Below are positions 24,758-38,420 of a stretch of 64,000 nt of DNA, one piece after another (position 1 is the first letter of the stretch; each line of letters begins with the position of its first letter). Made by a program: the position numbers and the translations under genes. The stretch is taken from assembly GCA_010093705.1 (NCBI GenBank), contig MU006113.1, positions 181,165-245,164 of the forward strand. Reading direction: 5' to 3'. This stretch comes from Patellaria atrata CBS 101060. Lineage: Eukaryota. Below the pieces are notes generated by a model. That model was not told where the DNA came from, ran no database searches, and saw only the letters and a list, made by a program, of their open reading frames with translations.

Positions 24758-26760
24758 TAGGATAGGAACCACAACCGTTCACAACGTCCCGCAAGCGACA
24801 TCGTAGATTGGACGTCTAGGATCTCCAATTCCCAGATGACCGATACGAAGTATGATTATTTTCATAATGAGCCGTGAGCCTGGATAGAAATGTCCCGATG
24901 TGCCTGAATTACCAAACGAATGGTTACTAGTCGCGAACATCGATCCCAGTACTCCACGTGTGGATCGCATGTGTTCAAGGACATCGAGCTGCAAGATATG
25001 TTACCAGTTAGATTATCCATTCTAGAGCAAATAGAAATAGTGTTCTCCTACACTTACCTAACACATTTATTTCCATAACATGTGTGCTCGATCTAGGTCC
25101 TAGACTCATTCATTAGTTATTCAAGGTGAAGTGAAGATAATCCAGCATGTCAAGAACTAGAGATACCGTAAATAACTTATGGCTATGTTTGAGTATGAGT
25201 TCCAAGTTAAAGTCCGCCCTTGAATGCTTAAAAGACTTCGCCCGTGGATGAATTGATATGTCACTGCTGGATTTGAGTTACAAACTGTCCCGAAAGAGTA
25301 GTCTCCTCACAATGTTGCCTTTTTCTGACAGCTAAGGGGTTAGACATGGCGCAACTTGAGAAAAAATCGCACCCCAGTTATATGAAATAGTTTATATTAA
25401 GAGAAAGCTGGGGAACGACAATACGAGATCGAAAGGTGAGACAGTGATAATTGTTAGCTGTAGCAAGTAGGATCAGAGGCATTAAAATAGACTTGATAAA
25501 GGAATTATTCCTGAATTCTGCGTCTGGGGTTTGCATCTTCTAAGGCTTTGAATTTCACTTATCTTCAATGTGATAACGCATGAAAATGAATCCGTAGTAC
25601 ACGGGTGTCTCTAAGAGAGTATATGAACCTCCGGAAAGGAAAACATTACTGCAAAGAGGGTGAAAGAGAAACGAAAGAAATGATCGCTACCTTGGGTCCT
25701 CTGGGTTGAGCCCATATACTGTTACTTGGAGAACCGTACGCAGCATGCTAGAATTCTAGATGCTTCATTTGTGAAATTCCATCTCAAAGGGAGATATCTA
25801 GATTTGATCAGTAGGGGAGAATGAATGGATTGCATTCGGTGTCAGCAAGCTGAACAGCTAGTAGCATACCTTGCCCTACGTCCAGTGTCCCGGTGTCCCA
25901 TTCGAGAATGAGGAAACCGAATCTCAGAGCTGAAGTTGTACAAAGTTGACGTAGCCAACCTTACATCAATCAACGTCCGGTTGTGACATCAAACCCTACG
26001 CCATGGTAACGTTCTTCAATTGGAAGTAGCACAGCCTACACGGTGCCAAGGATACATGATCGTGGGCATAAGGTCCAAGAATCAACAATTCGGACAATCT
26101 AATACGGCCAGTTCAGCCTACTTTGATAGTGACCGCTCTTCCATCGTGAGGATGTACAAGATTCCTGCAAGAAGCTCCAAGGCAGTGAGGAGATTTAGGG
26201 TGAGCCTTGTGGCCTTGTGGAAGGTCGAAAGGCGTGCAGCGAGGGAAGGTATTCTTTGTCATCGGTACTCGCCAGCTCCTGCGAATATGAAGTTGGATCC
26301 ATCAGCTCCGGATGAACTATGTACATTTCAGTAAATTTGATGAATATATGATTACTGTGCTGATCCGATGGTCCCGTCTGTTAAGATGTGGTCGAGTACT
26401 GAGGTGATTGTTGATGAGGAGATAAAAAAGAACTGAAGTAGCTGGTGTTGAGTGTTGACGGGAGGGGAAGTGGACTCGAGATGGCAGCAGGGACAGGAAA
26501 GAGCCGATCCGGCTCAAGCTCCCGCTTTGTCACGGGAGCTTTGACCACTTGCCCCAAAAAGCTTCCCCAGACGCCTTGTGACAGCCCGCAAGGCCACATC
26601 CTTTCAACGCATAGCAACGAGCACTCTCTATATCTGTACAACGGTTCAGAATGATGCGTATTCGTATCGGCTTTCTGTGTTCCCAACGACCGGATACTAT
26701 AGCACCTCCCTCGTAGCCCCAACACCAAGGTTCCTACGATATCTTACCCCCTCCTCAACC

Positions 26761-28278
26761 ATGGCATCTCCAGAGATGCCTAACTCGCCAGCTTCCTCAG
26801 TTGGGAGTCTTTCGGATAGCCCGCCTACGCTTGAACAACTTGTTTCCCACTTTGTTGCCGCGAAACGTTCCCTTGCATCGACACAACACGTCTGGCGTGC
26901 CAATGAGATCGTCAATACGGCTAGGGCTCTCTTGGAGGAAAATGCTACATTTAGTGCAAAGAATGCTTTTATTAGATCAGCGGTCAGAGAACAGCTGCAC
27001 GCTCTAGACGCAGTAAGGGAAGGCGTCGAGCAAGTGGGTAGAGACGGGCAAAAAGAGTTCAAGGTGAGAGCGAACATGTTCCTATACTCTTCGGATATCA
27101 GCATACACAAGGTTGAAGATCTAGATGACTGAGTTATATTTGGATTTTAGACCTTGCTCCAAACCTTGGATGCACATTCGGCTCGGCTCCAAGGGACCCT
27201 TCAGACTTTACAGTCAACTCCAGTCGAGCCAGCGTTCCAGCCACCAGAGACGCCCCCGAAGTATCTGTTCGATTTTGTCAACGAAAACGACGTCAATGAG
27301 CTAAATTCAGCTCTGAGACATTGTATAGACCGCACAAATGCCGCCACTGCTGCACTAGTCGATACCACCGAGGTCTTCGATAGGTCGTTGGAGTCCATAC
27401 AGGTTGCTCTAACGTCTGTACCTGCAGCTGATGATGCCGGTGTATCACCGTTACCGTCATCCTTCCGGGCCCAAGAAGGTCATGCCACGGAGATGGCCAA
27501 TCTGCTAGAGTCACTGGTACGCCATTATGACCTCTGTGTCACAGCTCTTAAGCATACAGAAGGCGGTGGGGAAGCTGCTGCACTGGCCACAGGAGAGCTC
27601 CCTGCAAATCTTGATATAAACGTCGAGAGTTTGCACCAGGATGCCCCTCCGCAACCTATCACAGAAGAGGAACGGACGAATATGCTCCTCGTGGTTGGCA
27701 AGGATGCAGCAGAAGTAGAGGAAGTAGTGGGAGAAATACGAGACGGTTTGGTGGAAATGGAAGGGGTACTTGCAGAAACAACGACATATATAGAACAGTT
27801 GCGTGCCGAGAATGCGGGTCTCAGATCCGTAGTTAGCTTACTGGGCAAGGTTGGGGGCCAAATGCCCGGTTACATCAGTGCTGCATCCGAGTACATGGCT
27901 CGCTGGGACGAGGAACGTAGTAATATAGAAGAGAAAATGGAGCAACTAGAGGGCCTTCGACAATTTTACGAAGGCTTTCTAGGTGCTTATGATGGTCTGC
28001 TCGTAGAAGTGGGCAGACGACGCGGGGTGCAGAACGCGATGGAGAAGATCGCGCAAGAAGCCATGGCCAAGATCGAAAAGCTATTTAAAGAGGACGCAGA
28101 TCAAAGGGAGCTATTCAAGGAAGATCAAGGAGACTTCTTACCGAGTGATATTTGGCCAGGGCTTGTAAATCCACCAGTCCGGTTTGAAGTTCGTGCAATT
28201 GATGGAGCAGGCAGCATCCCAGAGGTCAAGAAAGAAGTACTAGAAAAGGCGTTTCAACGCGTCCGGAGCAAAGTCTAG
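26761..28278 (+). CDS. ATG17: Autophagy-related protein 17, 2 exons
   Basis: LVSHFVAAKRSL...VWRANEIV, LESLVRHYDLCVTALKHTEGGG, YDGLLVEV.RR, QGDFLPSDIWPGL. Intron 27064-27150. Confidence 0.92.
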
Positions 28279-29160
28279 ATGTCTGTATATAGCAGTATTT
28301 TACCTAAATGAACGAATAATATCATCAGTGAGTGAATGTAAATGTACGTTTCGGCCGTACCGAAATAAAGGATCAACGTTAAAAGATGATGGGGGTACAG
28401 CTTTAAACTCAGGGCTCTCTTTGTTCAACAGTGCAAGTCGTTGTATTGGTTGGAACGACCTGCTCAGGTCCGCTAAAGTGATACGCGGAGGTTTCCCAGA
28501 GGGAGGGAACCATCAGCGAATACGAGCGGGAACAATGCTTATCATCATATAGCTGTGTGTGTTTTGTAGCCTTGTGGGTATTGTATTCCAGGTTGTGGTA
28601 GAACTATAGCGAATGCGGCGGCGGAGTAATCATATTGCGAACTCACCTTGTCTTGTAAGCTATTCATGCGTTTTGTTCGTCAACCGTCATAAACCGACAA
28701 GAAATGTTTGACAGAAGCTGCATCATAAATCTCGTATCGCATAATCAGATTTCGGATCGAGTCCGCGGGTGACTAGGTAATGCTTAAAAAGTTTTTCAGC
28801 GGTGGCTGAGGCTAGGGATGGTAGACGAAGAATTCTGCCTTGACTTGCCTTCCCGTTTACCGTTGAGTCAAAAGAAACGACCAACGGCAAGCCCGTTGAC
28901 ACACCAGGCGTGTGTGAGGTCATGGAAAATCGACCTTATAATCAAAGACATGGAGTACCATAACCCCTGAGCTGTAACAATGCAATGGATGTGGTGCCCC
29001 CAGTTTTTATTTTGGGCTTGGGTATTTATATGTTAAGACATCTGTATACAAATGTAGGTGTTGACATTTATAGAGGAGGATCCTGTCCGTTACTCATCAT
29101 CCCATCTAGATCGTCAGTTCCACCCATGATCCGTCTCCACGGCAAGTGTAATTGTTGAGT

Positions 29161-30563
29161 ATGTCAGAAATTACACCAGAAACCGACCAAACGGTATCCC
29201 ATGAGCCAGATACTCATGGATCACCGAGTTCAACGTTGTCGTCTGACAAACCGCCACCTCGCAAGCCTATTCCGAGAAAGGGGCATACCAAATCTAGAAA
29301 AGGATGCTTCAATTGCAAAAGGAGGAAAATCAAGTGTCAAGAAAATCTCCCAGAATGTTCTCACTGCGAGAAAGCTGGTTTGAAATGCGAGTATCCAACG
29401 AATGCAATCCAAGCGTTGCAGAGAATGCAAAGTCATCCGGGCCCGCAGCAAACCGTGTCGTTGAGCTCGATCCCAGGAACTTTCTCGATGAATGATATGC
29501 GACTGTTCCATCACTTTTTGATCACGGCGTATCCTCATCTCCCCGTGGGGAGCGAGAGGATTTGGGTGACCATTATTCCCAGTCTATCATACGAGGTGGA
29601 TTCTCTTTGACTTCTCAATATCATCGCGCTAACGAATTCAGTATGATTTTCTGATCCAGTCGATTCTGGCTATGAGCGCATCTCATCTATCCGCGGTCTC
29701 GAATTTTGACTTCTCTTCCGAAGCAATCTCGTACCGTATCAGAGCAGTCAGATCCTTGAATGATGCACTCTCGAGACCCTCTCAAAACAAGTATGAGAGT
29801 GACGCGAGGATGGCGACTGCCCTAGCTCTGACTTTTCAGTCCAGCCACCTGACGGACGGTCTGGCAGAATTTCTCACTATGCTTCGGGGATGCCATCTGA
29901 TTGCAATAAACGACAAGTGGATGGATGAAACATCTGCTTTCTATGGTTTCGCTGCAGACAGTCAAGGAAGGATCATGCAAGAACGATTACAAAGTCTTTC
30001 AGAGTCTCCGATTAAAGCACCAGTCTTAGACGCAGCAATTGAATCCCTACAAAATGCAGGACCTTTGTGCCAAAAGGACTTCGAGATAAAGTACCACACC
30101 CTGATGTTAAAGTCGCTACAACAAGCGTACAATGATCCTGGAGAATGTACGTTGCCCTCACCCCAATCTAATGGCCCGATTTTCTCAAGATACGTTCCCT
30201 TGAAGATCTGTTACTAAGCATTGTGCAGCGTATCTCACCTTCAGTGCCCTATACACTTTTCCAGCTACACTGTCGATCCCCGAATTCCAAGATTTCATCA
30301 GTACCGGAAACACTTCAGCACAGATCTTGCTCGGTCACTTCATTGCCGTCCAAGTGATCCTGTATCCAATCCTCGCCTACGAACGCGAAAGGTTCGACGG
30401 CGTCCAAGCTCCAACTGCATTCATGGATTGGCTCGATGGTATCTATGCCGGGCTTCCGAACATCCTGAAGTCCTACCTTGAATGGCCGATGGCCGTCGCG
30501 GCCTTCGTAAGACAGTACATTTCACAAAAGATGGCGACCAAGGTGATCGAACCAGCAGGATAG
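29161..30563 (+). CDS. Zn(II)2Cys6 transcription factor, Upc2-like C6 finger family, 3 exons
   Basis: RKGHTKSRKGCFNCKRRKIKCQENLPECSHCEKAGLKCEY, DMRLFHHFL..AYPHLP, C-terminal EWP. Introns 29596-29641 and 30147-30228. Confidence 0.92.
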
Positions 30564-31825
30564 ACAGGTTTTACTTCAATATGCTTATAGATACCCAGTT
30601 TCCCTTTCAATCTCTTATCCATCCACTGCATCTTTCGCTGAATAAAACGTTCGCCGCGTCGTACAATTTTAACATCGCTTCCGAGTCTCTCGGTAGCCAT
30701 GGTTGGCACACTTCACCCGATCGTGATTATCTCGAAGATCTATCGTCATTTCCTTCACTCGGCGTTTCGAGCTACAACCATGTTGATCCGGAACTACTTT
30801 CCGATAGACAGCAGTGGGATATGTTCGACGGCTTTATATTTCCTCAAAACAGTCGCTCCCAACTTATTCTTGACAAATTAAGCCGCAGTGGTTTTCTTTG
30901 ACACCTCAGTCGATCGTTTTTGCTATATTCAGATAGATACCCCAAGCATCTTCAACATCACACCCGCTGTTACTTAGCATATACCCCCTTTCATTTTACT
31001 AGGAGTTAGAACTCTTCAATTTCAACCAATTTTCTCACAATTCAACGCTCGACTCACCACCATATTTCACAATTGCCGTCATGACGGGTCTATAGGAAAA
31101 CATTGTGGTATAGCATAGTTTTAACCCTCAGTTACAATCTCGATATCTTCAATTGTCAAACACAAGATAATAATGACGAATCAGTGATGGATTGAATCTA
31201 CCAGCGCGGTTTTCCGTTTCGTTTGATTCCAAGCAGTTTATTCATTTTATCATCAACTCAATTCTGTACGGGGAGGAGTATTTGCAACTCATTGATAGAA
31301 CGTACCGTAGCTTTCAATCCAACTCCCATCGCTCCATCCTCTATGAAAACAACAAAGCTCGATAAACAAACTCCTACAACCGTGATCCATCTCATCCCAG
31401 CATCCCCTCTCCGCGCGTACATGTCTTAAGATTATCTCTTACCTAATCTCCAGTCAATTTTGCATAGTCATGGGATCAAAGAAGTGTGTTGGAAATTGTC
31501 TTGGATACCAGCGTACGGAGATAGGGATACGGAAGGGATCTAAATCCATACAAACGACCTCACCACCATAACCAAACCTATACCCAACTACCATTCAAAT
31601 CAACCAAAAATCCCAAACCCTAAGCTGTCACATATCCCCAACCATCCTCAAAAGCCTCAGGGACCAAAATATCACAGTCCTAACCGTCAGCGAACGTAGA
31701 AACTGAGGTTTAGACTGCAAACCCGCGAACCTGATATGTAAATTGGAATAGGTATCCGGGTTAAGCTAGTTCGTTCAGGTCAGGAAAGCATTTGAAGGGG
31801 TTGAAGGTAGCAGAGTCGCAAGGTT

Positions 31826-31840
31826 GGGGGGGGGGGGGGG
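31826..31840. repeat. G15 homopolymer
   Basis: Fifteen consecutive G in intergenic DNA. Confidence 0.9.
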
Positions 31841-34452
31841 TTTCCTGCGGTGGATATCTTGATGCGTTCGTTCCGCGAAGGGTTCGGAGTGGTAGAACCG
31901 CGCTTAGGGGGACATGTACCTAATCCCATTGGGAGTACATTCGGATTTATATGAGAGATCTTTTTTTATTCATAATGTGGTGATGGAGGAGGTGCAGGAC
32001 TTGACATGGATGAAATAGAACCGCGTAGCTAGGTCGCTGTCCTGGAGAGGTAGATAAGCCATCAAGGAGACCTCCACCTACAAAAACTATCCATTAGACT
32101 CTGCTAAAAACCTCATTCAATCGCTCCAAGCCTCCCAGCCCAGACTATACACATGACTCCCCAACATTACCCCCACCCCCCAACACATGACAACCCCTCC
32201 TTGAATACCAACCCAAGCAAATCCAACCCCTAACTAACCTCTAGCAGAGCAGTCAAGCAGTCTACCTACGATCCCCCTCCCCGAAAATGGTCGTCGGTTC
32301 GAACGGGTTTATCGGTAAACCTCAGGTCAATGGAGCAGGCAGAGGCAGCAAAAATCCGTCCCGGGGGTTCAAGAGGTCCTGGGGGACTATTTGTTTTATT
32401 ATTTGGAATTTCTTTCTGAATCTTTTGTTTTAATGCTTGATTCTTTGATCTGAGATTTGATTTTTATCTTTTTGGGTTTTGTAGGTAAAGGTTACTCGTG
32501 GAGGTGGTTGTCAGGCAAATTGGTGGATATGGGTTAGATGATTTGTTAATTCGACACTAAGAAGGCCTTCACAGATGAAAATGATATACTGTAGTCAGAT
32601 GAACGTATCAGAAATGATTCATATATTTATTTTGAAAGTAGCTACTTTACCATGATATCGTGTGGAGCTAGAGTTTAACTCAATCTTTCGTGTTGGTCTT
32701 AAAATTCGATTTATGGAGGAAAAATTAACTACTTGAATATAGGAGATTGTCGGAGAAGAAGGAGCGTGGGGATAGAGGATATTGAAGGTAGATGGGCGTA
32801 GAGCGTAAATTGATCATTAATATTTCAAATAAGGGGCGTCAGAGTTGATTGAGAGGGACTCAGGATAAAATTTGCATAATAGATAGTCAAACGTGATGAC
32901 ATAGTATAAGCGAGAGTAGATTGCAGCAACCTCTATGATTATTATTTCTCAAATCATGCTATTCTCTTTTTCCTCCCGCCGAGGGACAATCTCCTCCATG
33001 AATTGCTCCTTGAAAATGTAGTTCTCCCGGTGGTAGAAGTGTTGATCATGTACGGTGAACTCCTTAGAGCATTATAGACATGGCATCGACTGGTATGGTA
33101 CTATAGGGTTGGGTTCGCAAGTCGGAATAACCTACGCAAACTGATGACAAATCTGATAGGGATCACGGGTGGAATCTAATGGTTTCCCCACAAAAGGACG
33201 GCCCGTCCCGATCCTGGTCCCACCTCATAGATTGATCCAGACCCCTGTGTAATCCCGCCCCTATCCCGCCTCGTCAACCCATCACATGCAAATATACCAT
33301 CAACGACACGGAAATGTAAGGATGACGGACGATATCAGCAGGTGCAGCTGCCCACCAACGAACTTATGACACTGCAGAGCTTCGCATTCTGTAATCCTTG
33401 AGACAACAGTGGGGTTTTGTGGAACAAAGCAGCCAGATACCGGGCGAGCCAAAGATGTTGTAGAACGGTGGCTCTAGCTGAGCCACTCACGAGGCTCCGC
33501 ATTCCTCAGCATAGGAGCACGAAAACTGTTTGGTGGACTCTAGATGGTGTGGCGTGCGTGGATCGGGTGGTTGTCGTGCGACAGTGATAGACAAACATCC
33601 GTGGGGAGGAGTTGAAGGAAGTGTGCATGCATATGCGGGCCTTCGAGATGGTTTTGCCATGGGTCTGCTGTTTCAAGCTCGAGTGTGGCGCCTGATAGAG
33701 TAACTGTGCTATCAGAAGACTTCCTCCCAGATAAGGTCTATGGGGTTCAGTTTCGCAAAAGTTGCATGTAACGCGTTGTGAGTGATATTAACAAATCGTG
33801 GCCCGCTCTCAAGTCATTCGGCAGATAGCCAAATGCATTCCAAACTACAGGGTGTTCTGGCGTGTTTCGACTGAGGAGTAAACAATGAAGACGTCTCCGA
33901 TGATCGGTCTGGCTTATTTCGTAAGCTGTTGTCGTACCTAGGCGGCTGCAGAATGCTAAACTGGACCGAGCGTATCCGATTCTTCCTGCTGACCACGAAG
34001 ATTCCGAAATGGTTCCGTTTAGAGGATTTGACCAAAATAAACATGAGCAATTGACTTGATAGTACAAAGGACGCTCTGAAAATCTGTGTATGAGAGGTAA
34101 ATCCGCGCCTAGAAGGGTATCTAATTGAACTGATACCATTCCTCCAATGTGCAAAGACCTCTATCCATATATGGGTGGTATACTTCTAGCGGGAAAATGC
34201 GAACGGTATCGAACTCAGTCCTCAACTCCTCACGCTCTTACTTGGGTCTGAAAAAAAAAGACCCGTTTACCGGTCAAAGAACGGCGCGTATGACCATGCA
34301 CACGGAGTATACCTGATGATGAGCCAAAAGCGCCGTGTTACATACCGTAACGGCAGCCCTATCCTCATTTTACAAGCCGGAGATGATCTTTGCCACAATA
34401 GGCTTTGAGATCCACAATTGCAATATGTAAAAGTAGACGAAAGCTTGCGGGT

Positions 34453-35725
34453 TCATATAGGTAGACCCATGGCCATCCTGTACAACTCCCATGCGAGCTG
34501 CGGAGACTCTTTCACGCAAGTCTCCACATCATCTCTGCGGGCCAAGTCTGGGTTGGCCCTGAAGGTCTGAATGATAATGTCTCTTAATCCACGATCGGAG
34601 TCGACTGTCGAATCATAGACCTCGTAGAGTACATCCGCAAATTCAGGATCCGAATAGTGAGTTGATAACTGTGAGGCGAACTTCTTCCGTGCAAGAGATT
34701 TCAGTCCTGAAATGCCATACCTGCTTTCCGACATTAGCTTCATAGACAACGTACAAAGTTAACAGGCGAAATTTAAAAGCATAGAAAATTGAAAAGCTTG
34801 GTGTTCTGGCTTTTGTTCGGTGGGGTCAAGGGAAAACGGTAATACGAGAAACAGCAGGGAGTTCAAGGCGGGGTTGAGACTAAACAGAGAGTAGTGCGTC
34901 GGATCGTGTAACGAGTTCGAACTTCTTGCTTCAACATCATTGTGATGCTGTTCCATATGGGGCTGACCGAAAACATTGACTGATGAAAATACGAGAGGAT
35001 CACGGAGTACTGATGCTTTAAGGAGTGCGGATAAAGTGATACGTACTTCTCGGCTATAGCATACACCTTTGCGTGAAGGATTAGGTGTGCTTGTGCAGGA
35101 TTGACTTCCTGTTCAGGAAATGGAAACTCGAGTGGCTCTGCATCATGGCCGTCATCTGCACCTTGCGCAGGGGTTGCAGGTTGCTTTTCGGACATCGTCA
35201 AGGTGTCCAACTGATTTGCTGCGTCGTCCGACGGCATTAGGGAATTGAATGGCGAAGACATGGCGCTGTGTGCAGCAGTAGCGAGAAGGGGATCTTCTAC
35301 AAACGCAAGGTTGATCTTGCGTGAGGAATTCGGCCGTCTTCGATGACCCAAGGATGATGGAGAACCCACTGGGGATGTAGGCACGGAGGCACGGGTTGAC
35401 TTTGGATTTCTCAAGTAATCGAGATGATAGAAATAATGGACCATATGATCCACAGCTTCCGGATCATCTTCGCTCAGGTCGATAATTCCGGTCTCTGACT
35501 CCCGGAAAGGATTGCTGCACGCCCCATCAAAGAATCCAGACCTTGAGCATATTATCGCTCTATGAACGGCGTATCTCTTTGATCCGCAAAGAACGGTGAG
35601 ATCCGAGTACTTTCCAGCTTCAAGTAATCTGGTTGAGAGATAAGCTACTGATATTCATGAAATTAAATGACCGCTTACGTTGCAAGAGCTGACATGAGCT
35701 CGTTATTTGGCGCAGGAGAATCCAT
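34453..35725 (-). CDS. BTB/POZ domain protein, 3 exons
   Basis: MDSPAPNNELMSALAT then LLEAGKYSDLTVLCG...VHRAIICSRSGFFDGAC...DLSEDDPEAVDHMVHYFYHLDY, HAKVYAIAEKYGISGLK, VYDSTVDSDRGLRD. Introns about 35678-35630 and 35046-34721. Confidence 0.93.
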
Positions 35726-37019
35726 AGTTGAGTGAGGCATGAGGAACGGTCCCTCTGATGTTCAGTGGCAATACTTATATGGCACGATTCTGATCTACAG
35801 GGACAATGGTGACGAAGAGCTATCGGGAAAGGAACGACTTAAAATAGGAAGAGTCTTGAGCAAAGGCGGGGCGAAATAATATGCGCGTCAAATCAGGGCG
35901 TTTGACCTAGATGCGAACAATTGGTTGAGAAAGGGTGAAAAAACCTTGAACTGACAACTACCCTAATATAAAAGAGACTTTGTGAGACGGGCGAAAGAGA
36001 TGACAACATCCTCAAAGGAGATTCAAGACTTTTTGTACTCTGCGTAAGTTTCCGACTAGAACACCAGCGACAGGGGATTCGGAGAAAGAATACTTTTGAT
36101 CCCCACGTTAGACAGGCTTTCGCATGTGCCTAGAATAAACTTGATGGCAAATACATCCTTAGCAACGAATTACAGGTCGCAGAGTTATGGTAAAAGACTG
36201 AAAGTACTGTAGGGCCTTCAGCTCAAGCGAAGCGGCTGGGTAGCCTGGGGCCCAAGGCGCCTTATGGGCCTCGTGGGCGTTCTATGTCGGGAGCTGCAAG
36301 CCCCAAAGACTCACCAGGCTATTGAAGTCGACCGTAATGCGTCCAGCGTTCAGTGTCCAGTAATTCCAGAGCCGTCGACCGACCGCCAATCTTCAACCGC
36401 CAAACGTACAAAGGCAATCACAAGCGATGGACTTTACTGGACCTAACTAACTACCATAATGAGTCGGAAATACCTGAGCGGAAGTCTCCAGACACCGATT
36501 AGGCCGTGAAACACAACGACCCAGAAATGTGCAATGCTGTAGCCTGCAGTCTGTGATTATACCTTTAGGCGTAAGAAAAGCTTACAAAAAGGCTATCTTC
36601 AACAGCATCAACAAAAACATCGAATTTGAAGTTGTTAAAGTTGGGGGCGCTTGTATCGCGCACGTCCCAAAGCTGCGGGGTGACCCCCGGGCAATTGTGG
36701 CTGCTATAATAGCCCCATGTTTGGCGTGTTGTCTGCAAGAGATCGAAATCGCTGACAGCACTCCGTAGGTCGTAGAGAAAGGCGTTGAGGTTGCAGGAAG
36801 AGGGGTGTTCCAGACAAATAGATCTTCGGAGTGCTGACGGTTTACATGAGATAGGACTAGCCAAGAAGCCTTCCCCCTGCCTGTCCTGTAAACTGGATGA
36901 GAGTATAATTCCGCAGCTGTACGGTAGCTCCTTTGTACTTTAACAGTAAGTGAGTGCCCCATCTTATCATTATTGATATGACTCGTCATATACTTTAGAG
37001 GGAAAGTTCAAGGCTGATA

Positions 37020-37492
37020 CGGCTGTACCGGAAAGGAATGTCTACCTCTCGAAAGTAATGATAGTGAATTCAACTTTTGGACACTGTTTTGCTGCCGTCT
37101 GAGTTCAGAATAGACCCATTTTTAACGCCTCTCACGTGGCCCCTATTCTTTAACTTTATAATCCTCCCCTTAGAATAGTATAATACTTAAGAATTATAAG
37201 TAATATACCCCAGTTTCCTTACTTACCTTTTTTCCTGCTCTTTATACTACTAATATTAAGAGTATAAAGGAGAAAGAAAGAGAGGAAAAAGAGGAGGTAA
37301 AGGAAGAGAAAAGAGGTAAAAAAAAAAAAAACGCAGGAAATCTCAGGGGAAGATTAGATATAATGGATTCGGTTAAGGGGAGCTGAAAGTTGGGTCTATT
37401 CCAAGCACAGACGGCAGCAAGACAGTTGTTTAAAAGTTTTGAATTCACTATCATTACTTTCGAGAAGTAGGCATTCCTTTCTAGTACAGCTG
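37020..37492. mobile_element. Non-autonomous Tc1/mariner-type MITE with about 110-bp terminal inverted repeats and TA target-site duplication
   Basis: Left end TA|CGGCTGTACCGGAAAGGAATGTCTACCTCTCGAAAGTAATGATAGTGAATTC... matches the reverse complement of the right end, TA|CAGCTGTACTAGAAAGGAATGCCTACTTCTCGAAAGTAATGATAGTGAATTC... TA at 37018-37019 and 37493-37494. AT-rich non-coding interior. Confidence 0.9.
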
Positions 37493-38420
37493 TAAGATCG
37501 AAACATCTTGACCGATAACAGATGAAAAGCTTCCAGGGAGGCCTAATACTTTGCTATGCACAAGCATCTCCGATCTCTGAATTTTCAAGAAGGGAACTAC
37601 CGTAAATGTCAGGACTTCGAGAACAAAACAGACATAGGTTAATCGTATCGTCTTTCTACTGATATGCGTCCTCTGAATGCTCTTTCGGCTTGATCATTCG
37701 AGCCGCTAACCGTCTGTTATCCGGATACCACCCGAAGGAGTCGGATTGGGGAAGCTTCGAGGGTGTGGAAAGGACTTATTCTCGATGAAGGTGGTGATAC
37801 CTCAAGTCGAAGGTTGATGCCGAAAAACCACTAAACTAGGAGTAGAGGAGATATACGGAGTAGTGGCTGCTTTACTGGGACTTTCAAGTGCAGGCTGCAG
37901 ATCTCCACAAGGGATAATTCTTGGGTTTCAATTATATCCATATCACAACAAAATAGGTAGCTGTATGAGATGGTTTGGTACGTTGTGAGTTCACCGTTGA
38001 GCAAGGGAAAGAAAAAGAAAAGGAGAAGAGTTGATAGTCCACCCCAACACTACACACAGCTCCCTATCCACAGTACTTACCCCACGTTGACGTTAATTCG
38101 CAACTTCCATTATTTTGCCGTAACGTCTGACGCACGCTTGACTGTTTGACATAAAATTGTTAACTTTTGACACCTCAGGCTATATCGAACCCAAAGGACG
38201 CATATGGAAGCATTGTTAATGATGAACAAACTACGATAAACGAGATCCCACGAGATTTCTTTAGGCGTTCCTAAATCATCGTCATTGAGACCACTTGGTG
38301 CAGGTAGAGCTCTACCATACACAAACTGCGGTATTAACCTAGCTCCAACACGCAATTATCCTGCGCTGCAAGCTCTCACTTTCTTCCCCTAACCCACTCC
38401 CATCCTGAAGACACACCTCG

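Noticed and set aside
26338..26402. Box C/D snoRNA-like layout (TGATGA, CTGA, CTGA) with partial complementarity to the 18S 5' end
   Set aside because: The D+5 rule points to a position I do not know as a methylation site. No C' box or outer terminal stem, and the match needs a wobble.
28560..28923. 66-aa - strand ORF with a downstream GTGAGT donor
   Set aside because: Multiple stops in continuation frames and no recognisable family.
32950..33350. Possible small spliced - strand gene ending ...SRSNSWRRLSLGGRKKRIA
   Set aside because: No start codon or consistent upstream exon could be built, and competing frames are equally plausible.
34721..35046. Unusually long BTB intron as a snoRNA or nested-intron host
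   Set aside because: Only a partial C box (ATGATGT), no D box on the sense strand and no convincing split donor.
36529..37700. Overlapping 79-135 aa ORFs beside the MITE and a frame that stays open across the reconstructed empty site
   Set aside because: Mutually overlapping, with no homology cues. An open frame of about 80 codons is expected by chance.
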